A program made the position numbers and the translations under genes. Below are positions 36,868 through 45,280 of a stretch of DNA of 64,000 nucleotides, one piece after another (the stretch's first letter is position 1; each line of letters starts with the position of its first letter). This DNA is from Clostridia bacterium (lineage in GTDB: Bacteria > Bacillota > Clostridia > Oscillospirales > CAG-272): NCBI GenBank assembly GCA_017503865.1, contig JAFVSI010000063.1, positions 10,393-74,392 of the forward strand, in the 5' to 3' direction. The notes beneath the pieces were generated by a model. It had not been told where the DNA came from. It searched no databases and worked only from the letters and a program-made list of their open reading frames with translations.

Positions 36868-38055
36868 TTATTCGCTTAGTATATCCGTTAAAGTGCTTTG
36901 CATTATTGATGCAACCCTACTGATGCTGTCATCCTTGAGGTGGGTGTATATTTTCTCGGTAATACGAGAGTTGGAGTGACCTAAGTATTTAGCCATATGG
37001 GCATAGTCAATTCCGCGCTCAATACCGAGCGTGCAGAATGTGTGTCTAAGGTCGTGTATACGGATGTGCTTCAGGTTGTGTTTAGCAAGGAAACGCGAGA
37101 ACTTGTTGTTCATCTGGTTCGGGCGCAAGGGAAGTCCCTTTTCGCTGACGATAACATATTCTCCGAGTATTCCTTTTTCTTCTTGCTGTTTACGATATTC
37201 GAGCAAACAATCTTTTAGTAGAGGATCCATTACTAACGCTCTGCGGCTCTTCTTTGTTTTTGGTTCCTTGGTAATAATCTTCCCTTTGATCGGTGTTCTC
37301 ACTTGGGCTATATAAATGCGTCCTGTTTCGAAGTCGATGTTATCCCACGTCAACCCCGCTATTTCGCCGCGACGTAGCCCTTCCCACATTCCTAAATACA
37401 CAAATGCCTTCAGCCGTAAGTCTTGACTTTTATCTATGAGAGCGAGCAACTCTTTTACTTCTTGCGCAGTGTAAGCAGTCCCTTCGAATTCTTCGACGGG
37501 GAGTTTCCTTATCCTCTCGACAACATTATCGCTGATATACTCACAGTCCTTTGCGTAGTTAAAAACGGCGCACAGGAAAGTTCTGTCGGAGTTAATTGTT
37601 TTGGCTTTAAGTTTTCCTTCTTTTACGAGTCCGTCGATGTACTCCTGTACATCAATCTTTTTCACCCGGATAAGCTTTTTCTTTCCAAGTCCACGCGCCA
37701 CAATTCTTCGCAGGATATTGTAGTAATCCTCTTGAGTGGTAGGAGCGAGTGGTTTGTTTTCGATATAAGCCTTGGCACATTCTTCGATAGTGATTTGTGT
37801 ATTGGTACTGTGCTTGCCAAGATTAGTTCTTTCGTATTCGTGTTTCTTCAGGAGAGCCTCTGCTTCCTTGAGGGTATCACACGTCTTGAACGTTCTCTGT
37901 GGCTTACCAAGTTCGGCGCCGAGGTACAATGTCACGATGTACTTGCCAGTCTTTTTATTGCGAGCAATATTTCTCTTAACTGTTTCTCGTTCGCCTGTTC
38001 CTTTTTTACCTTGTTGAGTTCTTGTTAATTCTTTTACGTCTTCATTTTTCGTCAT
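36868..38055 (-). CDS. int: tyrosine integrase
   Basis: 395 aa with GLRRGEIAGL (box I Arg), HDLRHTF (HxxR) and YLGHSNSRITEKIYTHL (catalytic Tyr). Next to an attP-like region. Confidence 0.9.
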   Translation of the reverse strand: MTKNEDVKELTRTQQGKKGTGERETVKRNIARNKKTGKYIVTLYLGAELGKPQRTFKTCDTLKEAEALLKKHEYERTNLGKHSTNTQITIEECAKAYIENKPLAPTTQEDYYNILRRIVARGLGKKKLIRVKKIDVQEYIDGLVKEGKLKAKTINSDRTFLCAVFNYAKDCEYISDNVVERIRKLPVEEFEGTAYTAQEVKELLALIDKSQDLRLKAFVYLGMWEGLRRGEIAGLTWDNIDFETGRIYIAQVRTPIKGKIITKEPKTKKSRRALVMDPLLKDCLLEYRKQQEEKGILGEYVIVSEKGLPLRPNQMNNKFSRFLAKHNLKHIRIHDLRHTFCTLGIERGIDYAHMAKYLGHSNSRITEKIYTHLKDDSISRVASIMQSTLTDILSE

Positions 38056-38097
38056 AGCTTCCTTTCCGTGTTTATTTGAGATCCTCTGCTACATATT

Positions 38098-38126
38098 ATT
38101 ATACACCATATTTAGACACTTGTCAA
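38098..38126 (-). promoter_or_regulatory. consensus sigma-70/SigA promoter of int, with a GTCTAAATATGG box in the spacer
   Basis: Minus strand reads TTGACA-AGTGTCTAAATATGGTG-TATAAT (17-nt spacer), ~36 nt upstream of the int start codon. Confidence 0.7.
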
Positions 38127-38148
38127 GAGTTTTTATGAAATTTCAGTT

Positions 38149-38167
38149 TTGCAACTATTTTTGCAAC
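38149..38167 (+). repeat. two direct TTGCAAC repeats (candidate integrase arm-type sites, left)
   Basis: TTGCAAC at 38149-38155 and 38161-38167. Confidence 0.5.
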
Positions 38168-38287
38168 TCGGGGAATATGGGAAAAAAGAAAATGAGCTTA
38201 CAGTCATCAATAAACACTAAATATAGTGTTTTATGACAGCTATAAGCCCATATCTTGGTCATTTTGAAACAGATGACCTTTCTGTTT

Positions 38288-38310
38288 TGGTCTGAGTGAC
38301 AAGACTTGAA
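38288..38310 (-). other. candidate attP core resembling the 3' end of a tRNA gene
   Basis: Minus strand reads TTCAAGT-CTTGT-CACTCAG-A-CCA, laid out as T-loop, 3' T-stem, 3' acceptor strand, discriminator, CCA. The upstream sequence does not complete a tRNA. Confidence 0.3.
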
Positions 38311-38428
38311 CACTTGAACCACGGTGTCAAATCGTGTCCTATCATACGAAAACAGGCATAAAACCCTATATTTTTAAATGTTTTAATTTACATACGAAAC
38401 AATCCTACCATAGGACGGAAGCATTTGT

Positions 38429-38454
38429 TTGCAACTTTTTTGCAACTTTGCAAC
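38429..38454 (+). repeat. three direct TTGCAAC repeats (candidate arm-type sites, right)
   Basis: TTGCAAC at 38429, 38440 and 38448. A related TTGCAAG is at 38509. Confidence 0.5.
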
Positions 38455-38523
38455 TATGATTTCTCTGTTGATATGCAGTATGTATAGTATAACACGCGAG
38501 GCGAAAAATTGCAAGACCTCTTT

Positions 38524-38570
38524 ATAAAAAAAGCGCTCCTTTGCTGATGCATTGGAGCGCAAAATTTTTT
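38524..38570. terminator. terminator at the end of the long minus-strand operon (bidirectional layout)
   Basis: A7 run, GCGCTCC / GGAGCGC stem with an inner GC pair extension, then a T6 run. Abuts the stop of the 38569-38907 gene. Confidence 0.8.
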
Positions 38571-38907
38571 ATTTGTCAAGCTGAATTGATCCAAGCTCAA
38601 ACCAGCTTACTCTGACGGTATCGGAGCTTTCGCTCTTTGTGATTGCCTGTGACATTGAAACGCTGGTGTTGATGAATATCACTGGGACGTTGCAGATGAT
38701 TCTATCTTCAAGGACGTCATAGGTGATTTCTTTTTCACTGTCAACGAACCCGATTGGGGTGCGATTGTTCCCAAGCACAGGTTTTCCTTTGGCATATCTC
38801 ATAGAGTTTCTTACACACTCCTCAGAGAAAACTACGCGCTCTCTATTGGGGACAGTGGGGAAGGTTAGAGGGATTGTAGCTCGGGAAATGAAAATGTTTT
38901 CATCCAT
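38569..38907 (-). CDS. hypothetical protein
   Basis: 112-aa ORF, last gene of the minus-strand operon. Confidence 0.5.
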   Translation of the reverse strand: MDENIFISRATIPLTFPTVPNRERVVFSEECVRNSMRYAKGKPVLGNNRTPIGFVDSEKEITYDVLEDRIICNVPVIFINTSVSMSQAITKSESSDTVRVSWFELGSIQLDK

Positions 38908-38908
38908 A

Positions 38909-39160
38909 TTATTTCCCCTTTCTCATTTCGTCAAAGATGCGGTTCATTTCGTCATCCTTATAGGATGTTTGCCAATGTCGTTGCAGGTAAATGATGTGCT
39001 CGACTTGGCGCGGTGTGAGTAAGTATAAGTGATCTACAACAACCTCTCTCCGCTTGGAACGGTCGGGGTGTCCGCTGCCGCCAAATAGGCATTGGCAATG
39101 CTTGAGGTGGTAGTCGCAGATCGGGCACTTCTCAATTACGTTTTCATTATTGGGATTCAT
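38909..39160 (-). CDS. small Cys/His-rich (zinc-binding?) protein
   Basis: CPICDYHLKHCQC motif; 83 aa. Confidence 0.5.
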   Translation of the reverse strand: MNPNNENVIEKCPICDYHLKHCQCLFGGSGHPDRSKRREVVVDHLYLLTPRQVEHIIYLQRHWQTSYKDDEMNRIFDEMRKGK

Positions 39161-39172
39161 ATGTATACCTCG

Positions 39173-39637
39173 TTATTGTTTTGTTTTTCCCAGTTCTTTC
39201 AATGTCTTGCGAATGCGTGTGAGTCGGGAACAGAATTCAGAGCGAGTTAACACGGTTTCGCTCGGATTAGTTTTCCCTATAGAGTGAGTTAATACGGCGT
39301 TGCCAGTTGCCAACAAAGCATTTTGAAACGAAGGGTTAAGAGCGAGAGCTGAGAACGCCCTGTCCAAAAGGTCTTGGTATTCCTCGCTGTGGCGTGGTAT
39401 AGGTTGTCCTTTCCAGTATAAGGTTTGGTCTCTCCACCACTTCTTTTCTTTCCCTTTGAACTTTGCTTGTTTGCCAACCATTTTACAAACTTCTTTCTGC
39501 AGTTCGGGATTTTGAAATTTGAGTGACTGTAGAAATCCTTCCATACTATTGCACTCAACCCCATCGAAAATGAATGGATGGGGTGAGAAATTAGAAAGGG
39601 CATTTGATGGATAGCCTTTGCCAGAACCAATATCCAT
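39173..39637 (-). CDS. NADAR (YbiA/DUF1768)-like protein, divergent
   Basis: LSNFSPHPFIFDGVECNSMEGFLQSLKF parallels the NADAR FSNF..P....G....(S/T)EH.FQA.KF block. The later WG motif is not evident. Confidence 0.5.
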   Translation of the reverse strand: MDIGSGKGYPSNALSNFSPHPFIFDGVECNSMEGFLQSLKFQNPELQKEVCKMVGKQAKFKGKEKKWWRDQTLYWKGQPIPRHSEEYQDLLDRAFSALALNPSFQNALLATGNAVLTHSIGKTNPSETVLTRSEFCSRLTRIRKTLKELGKTKQ

Positions 39638-39638
39638 T

Positions 39639-39953
39639 TTATTCTCCTTTCAAAGTAGCGTCGGGTTCGTCTTTTCTGTGAGTAATCGAAATAGTCGTCA
39701 TTCCGAGAATGCGGCGAACTCTGCGCTCAACTTCTCTGTCGATAACCTGCCTGATCTGAGCATCAATAGCCTTGTCGATTTGGGGTTGCAAATCTCTCCC
39801 GTCCAGAGCAAGGTGAACTGCCTTGGTTATCTTTTCTTCCAAGGCTTCCTTAACGATGCCGGGAAGAGTACTTCTGTCGATGCCATTATCGGCGAGCATT
39901 TGCGTTAGGATTTTCCTAAGTTCAATCTGTTCTATGGTCATATTTACCTCCAA
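39639..39953 (-). CDS. hypothetical protein
   Basis: 104-aa ORF, 1-nt gap to the downstream gene. Confidence 0.5.
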   Translation of the reverse strand: MEVNMTIEQIELRKILTQMLADNGIDRSTLPGIVKEALEEKITKAVHLALDGRDLQPQIDKAIDAQIRQVIDREVERRVRRILGMTTISITHRKDEPDATLKGE

Positions 39954-39975
39954 AATTTTATATCAAACTCTTCTT

Positions 39976-40395
39976 TTATTTTCTTGTTGTTTCGAAGATA
40001 AGTTGCTCAATCTCTTCACGAGATAAGCGATATTCTTCGGGAATGCTATTGAACTTGTTCACAGCTTTCTCAACCTCGGACTGAATCTTTCCGAAACATA
40101 TACATCTCACTAACGTTCCATTGAGCGCGGCTTTGATGCAGGTGCGATACGAGTTGCATTTAGCACAATCACACTGAGCGTACTTATCCAAATCCAATGT
40201 TTCAATGGTGTTAGTTGAACCTGCGGGAGCAGAAGCAATATAAATGCTCAGCTCCTTCGCGTCACAGATAATTCTAAAACCACTCTTCTCCAACTCTTCT
40301 TTCAGTTGCGAAAAAGTAGTTTCGTCCGCGGGGAAAATTTGCATCCCCGCTTCAATGGGGACAACGCGGACATATTCATATTTATTGTTTTCCAT
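39976..40395 (-). CDS. hypothetical Cys-rich protein
   Basis: 139 aa with a CDCAKCNSYRTC...CIC cluster. Confidence 0.5.
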   Translation of the reverse strand: MENNKYEYVRVVPIEAGMQIFPADETTFSQLKEELEKSGFRIICDAKELSIYIASAPAGSTNTIETLDLDKYAQCDCAKCNSYRTCIKAALNGTLVRCICFGKIQSEVEKAVNKFNSIPEEYRLSREEIEQLIFETTRK

Positions 40396-40408
40396 ATGTA
40401 TTACCTTC

Positions 40409-40714
40409 TTATCTTTTTACTTTAAAATAGATGCGTCCGTTTTGTGGGGCGGTGGCGTGGCGCGGTTCTTCAAACATTAGCTTTATTCCGTCGAAACGTT
40501 CCTTGACAACTTCCTTGTATCCCACATTGTTTTTGTCGTCGGCATCACATTCGTAATAAACCTGAATTGCGCCGAATCCAATTTTCTCTCTCAAGAGCTG
40601 TTCGGCTTCCTTTGGTGTCTTTGCGCCAACTCTGTATCTTCCTGCTGTATTTCTCTGGCGCTGAGGTCGGCGGTGGTTGTCCACCAGCACTATATAGTTC
40701 TTGACTGGTTTCAT
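40409..40714 (-). CDS. hypothetical protein (start trimmed to MKPVKNYIVLV)
   Basis: TAATG stop/start overlap with the upstream Arr-like gene. Confidence 0.45.
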   Translation of the reverse strand: MKPVKNYIVLVDNHRRPQRQRNTAGRYRVGAKTPKEAEQLLREKIGFGAIQVYYECDADDKNNVGYKEVVKERFDGIKLMFEEPRHATAPQNGRIYFKVKR

Positions 40715-40995
40715 TATGTATTTACAACTCCTTTGATTCTTGCCTTGTCGCAGATACACTCTATGCCGTTCATCACGACCGTCCCCATTGGAGTGGCTTT
40801 ATAGATGATAGGGGTTCCGCCGAAGTAAGCACAAGCTTTCTTGGCATACATCTCTGCGGAGCGTAAGCTTATCGTAAGAAATACAGAGTCAAGATGTTTC
40901 TTACGGAAGTCTTCGCGAAGGCGTTGTGTATCTGAAGGTGGGAGCAGAATATCTCCCACTTGGCAAGCGGTTGATGTTCCGTGATAGTAAGTCAT
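40714..40995 (-). CDS. Arr-like mini ADP-ribosyltransferase candidate (start trimmed to MTYYHGT)
   Basis: 93 aa. YYHGTSTACQVGDILLP...SVFLTISLRSAEMYAKKA...PIIYKATPMG...ARIKGVV parallels rifampin-ART (Arr) FYHGT...IGDLL...(V/I)YF(S/T)..L..A.WGAELA...IYIVEPTG...LRIVG. Catalytic residues are uncertain. Confidence 0.4.
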   Translation of the reverse strand: MTYYHGTSTACQVGDILLPPSDTQRLREDFRKKHLDSVFLTISLRSAEMYAKKACAYFGGTPIIYKATPMGTVVMNGIECICDKARIKGVVNT

Positions 40996-40999
40996 ATCT

Positions 41000-41497
41000 T
41001 TAGTCCTTTGCGAGTAGTGTCTGCGGGCAAAAGATGATTGGTTTGCCGAGTGATTTTGCGTATTCGATTGTTTTGAAAACGCCACCCGCTTCTATGCCGT
41101 CGAAGATGGCGATAAGCATATCACAGTTATCCACCATATATTTATCTCTGTCGTCATCTGCCGTAGGAGTCCACTCTTTATGGATATAGGTGATTTTATT
41201 CGCCGCATTTATTGCCTGCTGATACCACATTAGATACCTTTTGTCGGGTGAGTTGCTTCCGTATCCCTTACAGGGGAATATAAGGTTAAGGTTGATGTTA
41301 TATCCCTTCTCAGCCAGATCCTTTACTGCGAGAGCATAAAGCAAATCGCTACCCTTAGCCATTCCAGAAAAAGCGACTGTGCAATTATTTTTAATAAGCA
41401 CATCTTTTATCCACGCAGAAACAGCCTGCCATTTGGTATTGCTCAAATTGTTGCCAAACAGACGTTGAGGTCTGTGACCAGTTAATGCAATTTTCAT
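41000..41497 (-). CDS. SLOG-superfamily protein, YpsA/DUF1273-like
   Basis: LTGHRPQRLFG, SGMAKGSDLLYA and RDKYMVDNCDMLIAIFDG..AGG match the YpsA layout (ITGYKP.ELG, SG.qlG.d.wAA, RN.fmvD.sD.ll.lyD). Confidence 0.65.
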   Translation of the reverse strand: MKIALTGHRPQRLFGNNLSNTKWQAVSAWIKDVLIKNNCTVAFSGMAKGSDLLYALAVKDLAEKGYNINLNLIFPCKGYGSNSPDKRYLMWYQQAINAANKITYIHKEWTPTADDDRDKYMVDNCDMLIAIFDGIEAGGVFKTIEYAKSLGKPIIFCPQTLLAKD

Positions 41498-41505
41498 TAT
41501 GTATC

Positions 41506-41739
41506 TTACCTTTCATATGCGCTGACTTGTCTGCCAGCTATGTATTCGTCTCGGGTTATCTCTTGCGCAGCAAAGACAGACCTCGAATGTTTTACGCCGG
41601 GCATCTTTCTGGCAATTGATGTAGCCATCGTGATGTTCCTTGCTTTTATGTAAAAAATAATATCTCGTGATCTTCCAGCGCCAACGTGACCTCTTGGCAC
41701 GTTAACGCGGTAGTATTTTAGTTCTTCATTTGTTTGCAT
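41506..41739 (-). CDS. hypothetical small basic protein
   Basis: 77-aa ORF. Confidence 0.5.
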   Translation of the reverse strand: MQTNEELKYYRVNVPRGHVGAGRSRDIIFYIKARNITMATSIARKMPGVKHSRSVFAAQEITRDEYIAGRQVSAYER

Positions 41740-41861
41740 TTACACCTGCCTTGTTATTCATAGCATTAAAGCCCGCCCACGCCAACGAGGGCTACGCAGG
41801 ACGGGCTTTTAGAGCTTCTGTGACCGTTTACTAACCCCAAAAGAATGAGGCTTAAACGGGC

Positions 41862-42350
41862 TTATTTTGCCTTCTGCGTGGTGCTTCCGAAACCGCCGTC
41901 GCGGACTCCGCTGGCATCATCGTCATCCATAAGGAAGAAGGGAAGAACGATAGCCTGTGCAAAACCTTCGCCCTTGGCGATGTTGAGGGTTTTGCCCTCG
42001 TGTCCGTCGTTGGTAATCTTAGCCCAGATGTGTCCCTCGTTAGAGGAACCGCAGTAGTCAGAGTCGATAATTCCGATTGTGTTATCGAGCTGAAGACGGA
42101 ACTTGAAGCCAAGTCCGCTTCTCGGCGCAATAGCCAAGAACTTGTCCCCGTCGAGAATAACACGGATACCAGTCGGAATTTTGATTGTTTCGCCCGGTGC
42201 GAGAGTGATGTCAAAGGGTGCGTAGAGGTCATATCCAGCACTACCCATCGTTGCACGGGCGGGCTTCTTTAGGTCGTTATAGCTTGTCTGCGGGAACTGC
42301 TCAAAGTCTTTGTTGAACTGTTCCTGCGAGATGATTTCAAATCTGTTCAT
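41862..42350 (-). CDS. dut: dUTP diphosphatase (trimeric dUTPase)
   Basis: GSAGYDLYAP, IAPRSGLG, IGIIDSDY and a C-terminal GGFGST motif. Start trimmed to MNRFEII (ATGA-type coupling). Confidence 0.85.
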   Translation of the reverse strand: MNRFEIISQEQFNKDFEQFPQTSYNDLKKPARATMGSAGYDLYAPFDITLAPGETIKIPTGIRVILDGDKFLAIAPRSGLGFKFRLQLDNTIGIIDSDYCGSSNEGHIWAKITNDGHEGKTLNIAKGEGFAQAIVLPFFLMDDDDASGVRDGGFGSTTQKAK

Positions 42351-42892
42351 ATGTAATGGTTCATCCTTTCTTTTGTGATGCCGTTTAATATCATTTCTTC
42401 CCAAGCCTTTTCATCTATGTGAGGCTCGCAGTTGATGACTGGTTGGCTCCATTCGGGCGGAGCAGTGGTTACAACGCAGGCATCGAATGGCGTTTCGTAA
42501 ACGTGTGGCTGATAGCGTTCTGAACTGATGTAGTATTTTTCATATAGTTGCATAGTTCCTTCATCAAAGAACGTTCTATCGAAACGATAACCGCGTCCTC
42601 TGTATTCGTATGAGGCTGGTGAATATACCCTTATGTAGCTTCCGTTCTTGAAATAGATAGCGTCTGCCACAATCTTCTCTACAATTTGCTCCACCGTATC
42701 AACCAGTTTTTCAAGCAAGTCGAGAAGTGCTCTATATACTATCTTCCGACGCTTTTCATCAGCCGCCACAACTCCGTATCGAAAGCCCGGCTCTGCCATT
42801 GTTTGTACGAGTATTGGCTCTAACAAATAGCGTGGGAACGGATCTCGTTTAATCGTTTGTTGCAATGAATAGTCCACAGTGACATTCACCAC
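42347..42892 (-). CDS. hypothetical protein ending in a WEEMILNG motif (start uncertain)
   Basis: 181-aa ORF from a GTG start, overlapping the upstream gene by 44 nt. Confidence 0.5.
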   Translation of the reverse strand: MVNVTVDYSLQQTIKRDPFPRYLLEPILVQTMAEPGFRYGVVAADEKRRKIVYRALLDLLEKLVDTVEQIVEKIVADAIYFKNGSYIRVYSPASYEYRGRGYRFDRTFFDEGTMQLYEKYYISSERYQPHVYETPFDACVVTTAPPEWSQPVINCEPHIDEKAWEEMILNGITKERMNHYI

Positions 42893-43046
42893 TTTCTCCG
42901 CGAGCTACCTGTTCACGAAACTCTTTGCATTTGCACTTGGTATCTTCGCTCTTGATAAGAGAGCAAGGGCAATAGCCACCGTTCTCTTTAAGTTTGTCGG
43001 TTATTTTTTTGAGTCTTTCTTTGTTATCGGTTAATCTTACCTTCAT
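42849..43046 (-). CDS. ferredoxin-thioredoxin-reductase catalytic-subunit-like (FTR/FDR-like) small redox protein
   Basis: 65 aa from MKVRLTD. Contains GGYCPC-x9-CKC-x14-CHCGLF, the CPC...C.C...CHC cysteine signature of FTR catalytic chains. Confidence 0.6.
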   Translation of the reverse strand: MKVRLTDNKERLKKITDKLKENGGYCPCSLIKSEDTKCKCKEFREQVARGESGECHCGLFIATND

Positions 43047-43519
43047 TCTGAAATCCTTTCCGCATATTGGTTGTCCGAGGCAAGTTTCACCCCGAGAATG
43101 TTGTCCCAATGCTTGTTTTGATAGGGAACGAAACGCCCCCATTTAACTACGATATTATTAAGCTCTCTGAGCTTGCTGACGTACTCTCTAACTTCGTTGG
43201 GATAGTAACCCGTGTAGATGATTACCAAATCATTCGTGTGCTCTCTGAGGGCTTTTATGAGGCTGTAGAGGTCATCCCAAGAGTCAAACGGTTCAAGCCC
43301 GCCCATAATGATTGCCGAGGTTATATGGTCCTTCATATACGTCTTGACAATCTCATCGATACTTACATCGATGTTTGGTGCGGTGGCGAGGGCGCTGTTT
43401 TGGCAACAGCAACCCTCGTTTTCTTTTTCGCATTTGAAGCTACAGTGGGGAAAGGCTACGAGCATCGAAGGAAGCCGATAGTCTTGGAACCATTCGCTTT
43501 CAATGCGTTTGACTATCAT
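43043..43519 (-). CDS. nrdG: anaerobic RNR activating protein (NrdG-like), atypical cluster motif
   Basis: Directly downstream of nrdD. Has QDYRLPSMLVAFPHCSFKC....CCC and GGLEP blocks. The cysteines are CX3C-X7-CCC rather than the canonical CX3CX2C. Confidence 0.6.
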   Translation of the reverse strand: MIVKRIESEWFQDYRLPSMLVAFPHCSFKCEKENEGCCCQNSALATAPNIDVSIDEIVKTYMKDHITSAIIMGGLEPFDSWDDLYSLIKALREHTNDLVIIYTGYYPNEVREYVSKLRELNNIVVKWGRFVPYQNKHWDNILGVKLASDNQYAERISE

Positions 43520-45267
43520 AGCTGCACTCTGTCCTCAAACTCCGCCGCCTTACCGCGGTTGAAGTTATCGATGCATCTCAAGTATCCAGTAATTCTCTGG
43601 AAGAGCTTGAGGCGCTTCTTACAGGTAGGACACTTGTTTGTGATATCTACAATGTATCCGTGCTCGTCGCAGTAGCGAGAGATAGGTGAAAGGCTCATAT
43701 AGGGAACACGGTAGTTATCAAACATAGCTTTTACGATTTTCTTTGCGTGCTCGCCGGGGATTGCGCCCTTGAGGTAGCAGTGAATAACCGTACCGCCAGT
43801 GAACTGGCTCTGGAGATCTTCCTGATGCTTGAATGTGGTGTTGATGTCAACGATATCTTTTACGGGAATATGACAACTGTTGGTGTAGTACACGTCATTG
43901 CCTTCACCCTGAGTAATGATATCGGGATACTTCTTCTTATCAAGCAACGCAAGACGGTAGCACGTTGACTCCGCAGGAGTTGCTTCGTAGTTGAATAGGT
44001 GACCTGTTTCCTCTTGGAACTCAAGAAGCTTCTGGCGGATGTGTTCGCCGACCTCAACGCAGAATGCGTGTGCTTCATCATCCAAGATATTCTTACCCAT
44101 AAAGTTTTCGCACATCTCATTCATTCCGAGAATACCAATAGTACTGAAATGGTTGTTGATGGTACCAACGTACTCCATATAAGCGGGGATGAGCTTGGTG
44201 TCGATTACGTTTGCCTGCAACCAAGCACGTTTGATTTCCAAACTCTCTTTCGCAAGATTGAGGTACCAGTCCAGACAAGCGAAGAACGATTCCTTGCTTG
44301 CGTTGTTTTCGTAAGCGATACGGGGAAGGTTAATGGTAACAACGCCGATAGAACCAGTGGAGTCGCCAGCACCAAACAGACCGCCGTTACGGTGGCGAAG
44401 CTCGGTCAAATCAAGACGGAGACGACAGCACATAGAGCGTACATCGCTGATATCGAGATCGCTGTTTACGAAGTTAGCGAAATAAGGTGTGCCATACTTG
44501 CCCGCCATTTCCCAGAGAAGCTTGTTGTTGGGGTTGTCCCAATCGAAGCGGGAATGGATGTTGTATGTAGGGATAGGATAAGCAAAGAGTTTTCCTTCTG
44601 CGTCGCCCTCAAGCATAATCTCAAAGAAGACTCTGTTGATAAGGTCAATCTCTCTCTGGCAGGAGCCGTATGTAAAGCTTACAAGCTCGCCACCGATAAC
44701 ACAGTACTCGTCCATCATATCTGCGGGAGGAGTAAGGTCGAATGTAAGATTGAAGAACGCGGGTTCTGCGCCGGCACGGCTGTTACTGTTTACGCTGAAC
44801 ACGAAGTTCTGCATAGACTGCTTAACTTCTGCATAAGACAGACGGTCTTGCTTAACGAACGGAGCGAGAAGAGTATCGAAACCGTTGAACGCAACGGCAC
44901 CCATAATCTCGTTCTGGAAAACAGTGACTAAGTTCGCACACTGGTTCAAGATAGAATCAAAGTGCTTTGCAGGAGCAGAGGTAGGGATGTTGGGAACTCC
45001 ACGAACACCCTTCATCAAGATGTCCTTGAGAGAATAACCTGTGCAATACAGGGTAAGACCGCCGAGGTCGTGAAGGTGCATATAACCATCGACATACGCT
45101 TTAGCGATATGCTCGGGATAAACCTCACGAAGCCAGTAGTCCTTGCTGACTTCTGCGGTGATGTATTTGTTCATCGCCCCGAAGCTGAACGGAGCATTTG
45201 AGTTTTCTTTTACGCGCCAGTCCGCCTGTTTCAAGTAGGACTCAACGATGTTTTTACTGCTTTTCAT
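43516..45267 (-). CDS. nrdD: anaerobic ribonucleoside-triphosphate reductase (class III)
   Basis: C-terminal Zn ribbon CPTC and glycyl-radical motif RITGYL. Start trimmed to MKSSKNIV, which has an AGGAGAAAGAAAT RBS. Confidence 0.9.
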   Translation of the reverse strand: MKSSKNIVESYLKQADWRVKENSNAPFSFGAMNKYITAEVSKDYWLREVYPEHIAKAYVDGYMHLHDLGGLTLYCTGYSLKDILMKGVRGVPNIPTSAPAKHFDSILNQCANLVTVFQNEIMGAVAFNGFDTLLAPFVKQDRLSYAEVKQSMQNFVFSVNSNSRAGAEPAFFNLTFDLTPPADMMDEYCVIGGELVSFTYGSCQREIDLINRVFFEIMLEGDAEGKLFAYPIPTYNIHSRFDWDNPNNKLLWEMAGKYGTPYFANFVNSDLDISDVRSMCCRLRLDLTELRHRNGGLFGAGDSTGSIGVVTINLPRIAYENNASKESFFACLDWYLNLAKESLEIKRAWLQANVIDTKLIPAYMEYVGTINNHFSTIGILGMNEMCENFMGKNILDDEAHAFCVEVGEHIRQKLLEFQEETGHLFNYEATPAESTCYRLALLDKKKYPDIITQGEGNDVYYTNSCHIPVKDIVDINTTFKHQEDLQSQFTGGTVIHCYLKGAIPGEHAKKIVKAMFDNYRVPYMSLSPISRYCDEHGYIVDITNKCPTCKKRLKLFQRITGYLRCIDNFNRGKAAEFEDRVQL

Positions 45268-45280
45268 ATTTCTTTCTCCT

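Noticed and set aside
38135-38236. 33-codon plus-strand ORF (MKFQFCNYFCNSGNMGKKK...) in the attP-like region.
   Set aside because: No RBS. It spans the TTGCAAC repeats and has no supporting features.
38288-38335. A complete tRNA gene in the int-proximal intergenic region.
   Set aside because: Only the T-loop-to-CCA portion is tRNA-like. The 5' T-stem (AAGTG) does not pair with CTTGT, and I could not fold a D-arm or anticodon arm. I kept it only as an attP-core candidate.
38149-38515. TTGCAAC repeats as a CRISPR array or iterons of an origin.
   Set aside because: The repeat unit is only 7 nt, spacing is irregular (8-12 nt), and there are no spacers of CRISPR length. Replication genes are more than 8 kb away. 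Arm-type or regulatory sites are more plausible.
41768-41810. Imperfect GC-rich inverted repeat after dut as a terminator.
   Set aside because: The arms pair only partially (GCCCGCCCACG vs CGCAGGACGGGC) and the U-run on the transcribed strand is weak. It may attenuate transcription, but I could not support calling it.
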